Assembly: GCF_032191835.1 (NCBI RefSeq)
Contig: NC_083239.1
Span: 24,242,001 to 24,306,000, forward strand
From: Heteronotia binoei
Taxonomy: Eukaryota
Reading direction: 5' to 3'
Length of the DNA: 64,000 nucleotides
The position numbers were made by a program, and so were the translations under genes. This document shows positions 9,512 through 18,813 of this stretch, one piece after another; position 1 is the stretch's first letter, and every line of letters begins with the position of its first letter. The notes beneath the pieces are model-generated. The model searched no databases, had not been told where the DNA came from, and saw nothing but the letters and a program-made list of their open reading frames with translations.

Positions 9512-9690
9512 CTGGAAATGCATCCAACTACTTAAAAAACTTACATGAAGAAAAATAAACTGTTAACCTTTGAACAGCCCTCAGGAAGCCTGGTTCAGAT
9601 GTCTCACGTTACACCCAAAGGGCATGCATGCAACACAATGCTACCTGACTTCTGGATCAAGGCCTTGAGAAAGCAGCTTTGTTCCTTTGG

Positions 9691-10208
9691 TAGGGTTGCC
9701 AGCTCTGGACTGGGAAATACCTGGAGATTTGGGGGGGTGGAGCTTGGGGAGGGCAGGGTTTTGGAAGGGGAGGGACCAAAGCAGAATACAATGCCATGAG
9801 GGTGAAGGTAGTCCCCTGTGCAAGCACCAGTCGTTTCTGACTCTGGGGTGACATAGTTTTCACAATGTTTTCAAGGCAGACTTTTTATGGGGTGGTTTGC
9901 CATTGCCTTCTCCAGTCATCTACCCTTTCTCCCCAGCAAGCTGGGTACTCATTTTACTGACCTCGGAAGGATGGAAGGCTGAGCCGGCTAGCTGAAAACT
10001 CCACTTCCACCCAGAACCGAACTCAGGTAATGAGCAAAGCTTAGGACTGCAGTACTGCAGCTTTACCACTCTGCACCACAGGGCTCTTGTGCCATAGAGT
10101 ACACCCTCCAAAGTGGCCATTTTCTGCAGGGGAACTGATTTTGGTTGTCTGGACATCAATAGTAATAGCAAGAGATCTCCAGGTGCTACCTGGAGGGTAG
10201 CAACCCTA
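9691..10208. mobile_element. TAGGGTTGCCA-family MITE split by a SINE (9801-10089)
   Basis: MITE termini with imperfect 8-bp TSD (TCCTTTGG/TCCCATGG); inner SINE (Sauria-SINE-like, GCTGGGTACTCATTTTACTGACCTCGGAAGGATGGAAGG) flanked by TGCCAT(A)GAG duplication. Confidence 0.8.
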
Positions 10209-10434
10209 TCCCATGGTGTTAGCCTCGCTTACACAGAGGAGATCTGAAGGATGCCCCCTTCCACTTACCAAATGTTTTGCAACCAAACAGATGGGGGACA
10301 GGGCCAACCATTTTTTACATGTGTTGGAGGGAGCTCAATACTTTGAAACTGCTTCCATTCAGACATGGCACTCAGTCAAAAGGGTTTCTAAAAGGGGAAG
10401 ACAGAAACTTTTAGCCAGGCCAATACTATTAGAC

Positions 10435-10880
10435 CCCAATCAAAAGCCAAGATCCGTGCAAAATTACTAATGAATTCACGTAATATAATAAATTTCACGC
10501 ACAATTAATGTACAATTCAGAAATAATTCCATCGATTTCGGGTGAATATAAACAGTATTTCTTCACAATTGCATCAATGCTGTGAATGCAAACAAAGTGC
10601 TAGAATAATTACAAAAGTCCATTCTTAGAATGTTTGGTATGTCTGCTCCGTTTGGAATATTCTATGAATGGACTTTTGTAATTATTCTAGCACTTTGAGT
10701 TCACAGCATTGATGCAATTGTGAAGAATTACTGTTTATATTCACCTGAAATTGATGGAATTATTTATGAATTGTACATTAATTTTGTGTAAAATTTATTA
10801 TATTATGTGAATTTATTAGTAATTTTGCGTGGATCTTGGCTTTTGATGGGATTCTTTGTCCTTGCCTCTCCTTTGTGTCA
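10435..10880 (+). mobile_element. AT-rich fold-back element with 30-nt tail and 14-bp target duplication (probable short Penelope-like insertion)
   Basis: Inverted arms of about 195 bp (10435-~10632 / ~10657-10850, roughly 90% identical); CAATACTATTAGAC duplicated at 10421-10434 and 10881-10894. Confidence 0.6.
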
Positions 10881-11950
10881 CAATACTATTAGACAGCAAG
10901 GCTTAGCCTGGGAGGGAAATGGCTGCTTCAAGGATGATAGTTGCAAGCATAAGCTGCTTTGCAAAGGTATTAAATTCATGGAGGACGGGCCTATCGGTGG
11001 CTAGTGACCACGGTAGGACTTCTTTAAGTGGTGGAAAGCTAGTCCAAGTGAGATTAATAAAAGGGAACACAGACTGTGGCAAATCAAATGCAAGACTGTG
11101 ATCAGGCAGGCAAAAAGGAACTATGAGGAGCATATTGCAAAAAACATAAAAACCAACAATAAAAATTCCTTCAAATATATTAGAAGCAGGAAACCAGCCA
11201 GGGAGGCAGTGGGGCCCTTGGATGACCAAAGGGTCAAAGGATTACTGAAGGAGGATAGGGAAATGGCTGAGAAGCTGAATGCATTTTTTGCCTCAGTCTT
11301 CACTGATTAAAGGTTTGGAACACTTTCCCTATGAAGACAGGTTAAAACGTTTGGGGCTCTTTAGCTTGGAGAAGATGAGAAGTATTTGCCCGCTCCAGAA
11401 CTACTAATTTTGGAAGGGGCGTTGAAAGACCTGTGCCAAATTGAGGTAACAAGAGAGGAGGTCCTACAACTGATTGATGAATTAAAAACTAATAAGTCAC
11501 CAGGTCCGAATGGCATATATCCAAGAGTTCTGAAAGAACTCAAAGTTGAACTTGTGGATCTCCTGACAAAAATATGTAATCTTTCATTGAAATCTGCCTC
11601 CATTCCTGAGGACTGGAAGGTAGCAAATGTCACCCCCATCTTTAAAAAGGGTTCCAGAGGAGATCCAGGAAATTACAGGCCAGTCAGTCTGGTTTCAATA
11701 CCGGGAAAGTTGGTAGAAAGCATTATCAAGGACAGAATGAGTAGCCACATTGATGAACACAAGTTATTGAGGAATACTCAGCATGGGTTCTGTAAGGGAA
11801 GATCTTGCTTCACTAACCTGTTACAGTTCTTTGAGGGGGTGAACAAACACGTGGACAAAGGAGACCCAATAGATGTTGTTTACTTTGACTTCCAGAAAGC
11901 TTTTGATTAAGTTCCTCATCAAAGGCTCCTTAGTAAGCTTGAGAGTCATG

Positions 11951-12236
11951 GGTCGTTTTCGCACTCACCTCCAGCCGGCGCGACCCCCTCTTCACCGCGC
12001 AGGATCTGCGCGGATTTTGCACTAAATGCCGCGGAGCAGCCTTTTGCGCCGGAAACTCCCGTCGCAAAAGCCGCTCAAACGTAAATCGCCAAAAAGCAGT
12101 TTGGCGTTTGCACGGCTTTTGCGACGGGAGTTTCCGGTGCAAAAGGCTGCTCCGCGGCATTTAGTGCGAAATCCGCGCAGATTCTGTGCGGTGAAGAGGG
12201 GGGTCGCGCCGGCTGGAGGTGAGTACGAAAACGACC
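11951..12236. mobile_element. Young CpG-rich palindromic MITE (PIF/Harbinger-like) inserted in the CR1
   Basis: TIR GGTCGTTTTCGCACTCACC; near-perfect fold-back; 3-bp ATG duplication at 11948-11950 and 12237-12239; removing it restores the CR1 sequence. Confidence 0.85.
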
Positions 12237-13252
12237 ATGGAGTAAAAGGACAAGTCCTTTTGTGGATCAAAAACTGGCTAATTAATAGGAAGCAGAGAGT
12301 GAGTATAAATGGGCAGACTTCACAGTGGAGGATAGTAAGCAGTGGGGTGCCGCAGGGCTCAGTACTGGGTCCCATGCTCTTTAACTTGTTCATTAATGAT
12401 CTGGAGTTGGGAGTAAGCAGTGAAGTGGCCAAGTTTGCAGATGACACTAAATTGTTCAGGGTGGTGAAAACCAGAGAGGATTGTGAGGCACTCCAAAGGG
12501 ATCTGTTGAGACTGGGTGCGTGGGCGTCAATGTGGCAGATGAGGTTCAAGGTGGCCAAATACAAAGTAATGCACATTGGGGCCAAGAATCCCAGCTACAA
12601 ATCCAAGTTGATGGGTTGTGAACTGGCAGAGACTGACCAAGAGAGAGATCTTGGGGTCGTGGTAGATAACTCACTGAAAATGTCAAGACAGTGTGTGATT
12701 GCAATAAGGCCAACGCCATGCTGAGAATTATTAGGAAGGGAATTGAAAACAAATCAGCTAGTATCATAATGCCCCTGTATAAATTGATGGTGTAGTCTCA
12801 TTTGGAATACTGTGTACAATTCTGGTCACCGCACCTCAAAAAGGATATTATAGCATTGGAAAAAGTGCAGAAAAGGGCAACTAGAATGATTACAGGTTTG
12901 GAACACTTTCCCTATGAAGACAGGTTAAAACGTTTGGGGCTCTTTAGCTTGGAGAAATGTCGACTGCAGGGTGACATGATAGAGGTTTACAAGATTATGC
13001 ATGGGATGGAGAAAGTAGAGAAAGAAGTCCTTTTCTCCCTTTCTCACAATACAAAAACTCGTGGGCATTCAATGAAATTGCTGAGCAGTCAGGTTAAAAT
13101 GGATAAAAAGGAAGTACTTCTTCACCCAAAGGGTGATTAACATGTGGAATTCACTGCCACAGGAGGTGGTGGCGGCTACAAGCATAGCCAGCTTTAGGAG
13201 GGGATTGGATAAAAATATGGAGCAGAGGTCCATCAGTGTCTATTAGCCACAT

Positions 13253-13258
13253 TGTGTG

Positions 13259-13289
<31 letters not shown>

Positions 13290-13311
13290 ATGTATATACA
13301 CACACACATAT
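13253..13311. repeat. Compound (TA)n(TG)n(CA)n microsatellite within the CR1 3'UTR
   Basis: Seen directly. Confidence 0.9.
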
Positions 13312-14138
13312 ATTGGCCACTGTGTGACACGGACTGGATGGGCCATTGGCCTAATCCAGCATGGCTTCTCTTATGTTCTTATGGTGACTAGAGGGAACCT
13401 CCACATTCAGAGGCAGTAAACCTATGAATACCAGTGCCAGGAGGTAACATAAAGCAAAGCTGTGGCCTCTTTATCCTGTTGTTGGCCTTTCAGAGGAACT
13501 GGTTGGCCTGTTTGAGACAGGATGCTGGACTTGGTGGACTACTGGTCTAATCCAGCAGGGTGCTTCTTATGCAGCTAGAGTTGGCCAAACCAAAAGACAG
13601 ACAGGTGGTTAAAGCTGGGAATACATTCATCTCAACACAAGGAGTCCTTGAATCTATCCTTTGGAATCTTTTCTCTGGGCTGCAGACAGTGGTCAAGCAT
13701 ACTGACGTCAAAACACTTTTTGGATGGGATGGAGACAGGATGTGGAGGAAGTCCAACCCTCCCTGCACCATCTTCACTTCAGGATAAGGTCTTTCTCAAG
13801 GCGGCTTGTGACCAACTTCTGTCAGGTTCGGGGAGGAAGACAAAATGGAGCCAATACAGATTTGGGGAAGGAAGAGGAAAGAAAAGTGTTGAAGTTTGAC
13901 TCCTGAAGTTCAAGGGAGTTGGGAAGGAAGACTATATTGCTCTTAATCCAGTCTCATTGGCACTTGGAAGCTAAGAGCGGTTGGCCATGGTTAGTACATA
14001 GATGGGAGACCATCAAGGAAGATTACGATTCCTATGCGGAGGAAGGCATTGGCAAACCTCTGCTCATCTCTTACTTTGAAAACCTCATGCTCTCCATGAG
14101 TCGACTGCAACCTGATGACACACAGCTATTAGTAGGGC

Positions 14139-14139
<1 letters not shown>

Positions 14140-14182
<43 letters not shown>
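14140..14182. repeat. (AAT)n microsatellite (L2 tail)
   Basis: About 14 perfect AAT units. Confidence 0.95.
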
Positions 14183-14184
<2 letters not shown>

Positions 14185-14366
14185 GTTTTTATTTATATCC
14201 CGCCCTCCCCGCCAAGGCAGGCTCAGGGCGGCTAACAAGACATGGTATGTACCATGATTATAATACAATTCATATAATAAAATGCAATTAATAAATACTG
14301 TTAAAACAGTTACATAAAATTTAAAAACCACAATAGTTTAAAGGTGCTACAGTACAGTAATATATA

Positions 14367-14547
14367 CCGTATTTTTTGCACCATAAGACTCACTTTTTCT
14401 CCAAAAAAATGTGGAGGGAAAAGTGTGTGCGTCTTAAGGAGCGAATACTGCAAAAAATTCACACAAATGCCTCTAAATTCACACAAACAGCTCTAAAAAC
14501 TAGGTGCGTCTTATGCTCAGGTGCATCTTATGGAGCGAAAAATGCGG
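14367..14547. mobile_element. Tc1/mariner(Tigger)-like non-autonomous element nested in the L2 3' region
   Basis: TIR CCGTATTTTT(T/C)GCACCATAAGA, flanked by TA on both sides. Confidence 0.75.
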
Positions 14548-17189
14548 TATATGTCCAGATGTCACTTTCAGGGTTCCACCTTATAGGCTTGTTGAAAGAG
14601 GACAGTTTAACAAGCCCTGTGGAACTGGTTAAAGTCCCGCAGGGCTCGCACTTCCTCCGGTAGCTGATCCCACCAGTGGGGAGCCATTATTGAGAAGGCC
14701 TGCTCCCTCGTTACTTTCAGTTTGGCCTCCTTTGGTCCAGGGATTTTTAGGAGATTCTGGGAGCTAGATCTCAGTGCTCTCTGGGGAACATATGGAGAGA
14801 GGCGGTCCCTAAGGTAGGCAGGTCCTCGGCCATATAGGGCTTTAAAGGTAATAACCAGCACCTTGTAGCGAACTCAGAATACAATTGGAAGCCAGTGCAG
14901 CTCCCTCAGCCCAGGCTGTACGTGTTCCCACCGAGGTAGTCCCACTAACAGCCTGGCCGCCGCATTCTGCACTAGCTGCAGTTTCCGAGTTCGGCACAGG
15001 GGCAGCCCCATGTAGAGGGCATTACAGTAGTCTAATCTCGAGGTGACCATTGCATGGATCACTGTTGCTAGGTCGCTACATTCCAGGAAGGGGGCCAGCT
15101 GCCTCGCCCTTCTAAGGTGGAAGAAGGCGGATTTAGCAGTGGCTGCTATCTGTGCCTCCATTGTCAAGGAAGGCTCCAGTAGCACTCCCAGGCTCTTGAC
15201 CCTGCGCACTGGTATCAGTGACACACCGTCAAAGACCGGTAGGGAGATCTCCCCTCCTAGCTCGCTGCGGCCAACGCAAAGAACCTCTGTCTTTGCTGGG
15301 TTCAGCTTCAACCCACTCAGCTTAATCCAGCCTGCCACGGCTTGCAATGCTCGGTCCAGATTTACAGGGGCGTCGTCAGTCTGGCCGCCCATCAATAGAT
15401 AGAGCTGAGTGTCATCAGCATACTGATGGAAACCCAGCCCATGTCTCCGGGCGATCTGGGCAAGGGGGCGCATAAAGATATTAAACAACATCGGGGAGAG
15501 AACTGCCCCTTGAGGCACCCCACAGTTAAGTAGGTGTCTCTGGGACAGCTCTCCTCCAACCACCACCCTTTGTCCCCGATCTTCAAGGAAGGAGGAAAGC
15601 CACTATAAGGCTAGCCCCCGAATTCCTGCGTTGGCGAGGCGGCGGGTCAGCAGCCGATGATCATATCGAACGCAGCCAATAGGTCTAGCAACAGCAATAC
15701 CGCCGAGCCGCCTCGATCCAGATGTCGCCGGAGGTCATCCATGAGGGCGACCAACACTGTCTCCACCCCGTGGCCCGGGCAGAAGCCGGACTGGTATGGG
15801 TCCAAGGTGGAAGCGTCATCCAAGAAGCCCTGTAACTGCAATGCCACAGCCCTCTCAATGATTTTGCCCAAAAAGGGCAAGTTTGAGACCGGCCAATAAT
15901 GAGCCAATTCGGCCAGATCTGATGTAACCTTTTTCAGGAGGGGACGGACTGCCTCCTTCATTTGAACTCTATTTAGTAAATTTTTGTTCACAGACCTTCT
16001 CCCCATATTCCACCTGGTCCCCAAAGCTCTGCTTGTGTCCTGTTATTTTAGGAAGACTCTACTAAAACAGCCTCTGCTCTACTTGCTATCCCCATCTCGC
16101 CACTGGGGCTGTTGCTTTCTGGGCCCAAAGCAGGACTGGGATAATTGCAGCAACAAGCCTGCCCCCAATTAGATTAATTATTCCCTCCCTCCCTCCTTGG
16201 GGAACTCGTCACTGGGGACCCAAAAGAACATAGAAACCACAACAGATCATTCTGAGAGCTGGGAAGCCGGTAGTGGGAAGGGAAATACAGCCAACAGATA
16301 GATGCAGATGTGTGTGGTCTGTTCTGCAAAGAAGAGCAACCACTTTAAAAGAAGTTATCTTATTTTCTAACTAGCCTGAAAATTTACATGTACCCAGTAG
16401 ATTCTCAGTGGGACACATCTGATCTGTCACCAGCTAGCACTCCAGGGAAGGGGAAATTGCATGAAGCAGACTTCTCATATAAAACAGCCCTGGGCAGTCT
16501 CCAAAGAGGTGCCTCTTTGACCACACATTAGACTTTCCGGAGAGCATGAAATCAGGACCTGAATGAGAAGAGCCATCATCAGCTGAAGCAGACATGGCTG
16601 GCTCTAAAGAGACCAACGGAACAGGTGCTTCAAGTGCTTCCTATTGCAGCCAGGCCAAATAAGGTTGCCACAGGGTACATCCTTCTGCAAGACAGATGAA
16701 CTATTGCAAAAGCACAGAAACATGCCTTCTGAGGCATCCACCCACCAGTTGCCTTCTTTTTCTCCCATCACAGAGGCAAGCTGCTTAAGACACTGACAAT
16801 CTGCAATTCTCCATGTTCTCATGAGCAAAGGAAGGACACCTAGAGCTTGCTGTGTGGAACATTGGAGCCCCTTTGTTTGGGAGAATGACATGGCCATGGC
16901 TCTTCCAAAGACACAGGAACATTCAGTTGCCTTCTGCTGCATGGCAAAGGAACCGCAAGGGATGAGGGCACAAAGCTTGCTGGATTAAAGGAACTCCACG
17001 ACCCTCATGCCCTACCTCCTCCTTCTTCTTAGGGGAAAAAAGATGGTGGCCTCTAAACTTGATCTTAGCTGTGACTGGGCAGCATAACTATAGGTGGCAA
17101 CTGGTGACTCTTAGAATTAAATGGCTTTTCTTAACTATGCCCCCCATCCCAAGAATTTCTGTTTATAGAAAACTAGACATAATCAAATA

Positions 17190-17500
17190 GCGAAAATCTG
17201 TAGTTTATCTCGATGGTATTATGATGTACCTTCCACAGACATCATTCATGTGTGGTGGTTTTAGAAATCTGCGAGGGAATATTGGACTACAATTGCTGAA
17301 GTATGGGATGCGGCTTTGCCATGCTTCAAAATTATGTTCAACTGTATCCAAGGTACAGGTTATTCTCACATATATGATTACTGTTGCTGGGTTAGTCCTT
17401 GCAAAACACTGGAAATCCAAAAATTGCCCTGCCATTTGGGAGTAGCTTGACAAAGGATAATTTCCTTTTAGATAAAATCACTATGCTACAAGGAGGTAAA
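17190..17500 (+). mobile_element. Degraded L1-like LINE ORF2 C-terminal fragment
   Basis: Frameshifted translation IHVWW...YWTTI and ITVAGLVLAKHWKS..P..W resembles the L1 ORF2 Cys/His C-terminus (recognised by eye). Confidence 0.5.
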
Positions 17501-17540
17501 AGTTTGCAACTGTTGGAGGCAGAGTGGTCTGGCATAATTA

Positions 17541-18120
17541 CCGTATTTTTCGGACCATAAGACGCACTCCCCCCCCCAAAAAAAGTGGGGGGAAAAGTAT
17601 GGTCCGAAGGTACGTGCCTTCCGGGGGGGGGGGGGGGCGAGCTGCTGCCTCTTCCTCCGATCCGGCACTTCCCCCACGCCTGCCTCCATCTTCTTCAGGC
17701 AAGCGCTGGGATCGCTCCACATGGCCCCACTGCAAACCCAGCGCTTTGCAAGCGCCGGCTGCGGAGGGGGCAGCGTGCTTCCTCCTTGCCTGTGTGCCTG
17801 GCTTCAGCTCTGATGTTTAAAGCAAGCACTGGGATCGGAGGGCGGAGGGAGCGATCCCAGCGCTTGCTTTAAACATCACAGCTGAAGCTAGGCACAGGCA
17901 AGGAGGAAGCACGCTGCCCCCTCCGCAGCCGGCGCTTGCGAAGCGCTGGGTTTGCGGTGGGGCCACGTGGAGCGATCCCAGCGCTTGCCTGAAGAAGATG
18001 GAGCCAGGCAGGCAGGCAGGCGTGGGGGAAGCACCGGATCGGAGGCAGAGGCAACGGATCGCCCCCCAGGAGGAAGGTGCGTCCTATCCTCCGGAGCGCC
18101 TTATGGTGCGAAAAATACGG
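17541..18120. mobile_element. Tc1/mariner(Tigger)-like element with a large internal CpG-rich palindrome
   Basis: Same TIR as 14367-14547, TA flanks; internal inverted arms ~17644-17837 / ~17854-18056. Confidence 0.8.
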
Positions 18121-18639
18121 TAATCATATCCAAACCTGTGTTTAATGTTTACCCTTGCTTATTTTTATATACATGGGTGTACAGTGGTTTCGTGCTTGGA
18201 GATATAAAGTTTAGCTATCTTGTTTCGAGTTAGAATCAAAGTCACATAAGAGACATTTAAAAAAAAACCTAGGTACAAGGTGAACTTAGCAAGCTAGCAT
18301 CACATGCTATGAAGGGGGGAAAGCAAGGATGGCCAAAGCCACTGAATTTCAAATGAAACTCTTCTCAGTGGTAAACAGTTCTGTGCAGGAGGGAGGAAAT
18401 TTGGACATCTACTTGGAAGACATGCTTTGGAACACATCCAGAACGAAGTCCCTGAGGAACTGGAAACAGGCCTCACAACTTGAAAATGGTCAGTCTTTTC
18501 CAGGACACTGGAGATGGCGGGGGAGGGGCGCAGATCTCAGTTTACCAGGAGGAAGTGATGCACATGCAAGTCTGGGGAAGACTCCAAAGTGCTGCAGGCT
18601 ACAAACCATACCAGATGCCCATTCTCTTTAACACTAACA

Positions 18640-18645
18640 TTTATT
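18640..18645 (-). terminator. SF3A3: Candidate SF3A3 polyadenylation signal AATAAA
   Basis: TTTATT on the plus strand about 170 nt past the stop codon. Confidence 0.6.
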
Positions 18646-18813
18646 TCCATAGAAAAACAAAAACAAACTTGTTTCAGAATCCACCCTGCTAGCATCCTGG
18701 AAGTGCCAGTTGACAAAGAAGAGGGAAATTCAGCATACTATGTGTGTGTGGGGGGGAGGGGCGGGTAACAGGAGGAGAATGACAATCGAGTACATTGGGG
18801 CAGCATCCTTCCA

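Larger units (their letters stand above)
11015..13385 (+). mobile_element. 5'-truncated CR1 LINE (ORF2 reverse transcriptase and 3'UTR), degraded, with nested insertions
   Basis: Track ORFs 11098..11310, 11386..11910 (KSPGPNGIYPRVLKE, GNYRPVSL, QHGF, DFQKAFD), 12026..12724 (GVPQGSVLGP, FADDTK) and 12802..13140; stops and frameshifts; 3' end ...TCTTATGTTCTTATG. Confidence 0.93.
14140..15960 (-). mobile_element. 5'-truncated L2 LINE with (TTA)n tail
   Basis: ORFs 14874..15566 (GVPQGAVLSP, YADDTQLY, SRLDYCN) and 14607..14861; (AAT)n run 14140-14182 at the element 3' end. Confidence 0.88.

Noticed and set aside
12026-12724. 232-aa ORF that could look like a novel RT fusion protein
   Set aside because: It is a chance read-through from the inserted MITE into a broken CR1 ORF2, with stops upstream and downstream.
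16559-16603. Possible minus-strand exon (MSASADDGSSHS) upstream of the LU-like gene
   Set aside because: The donor is weak (CAG|GTCCTG) and in-frame stops precede the gene's ATG, so it cannot extend the CDS; no other support.
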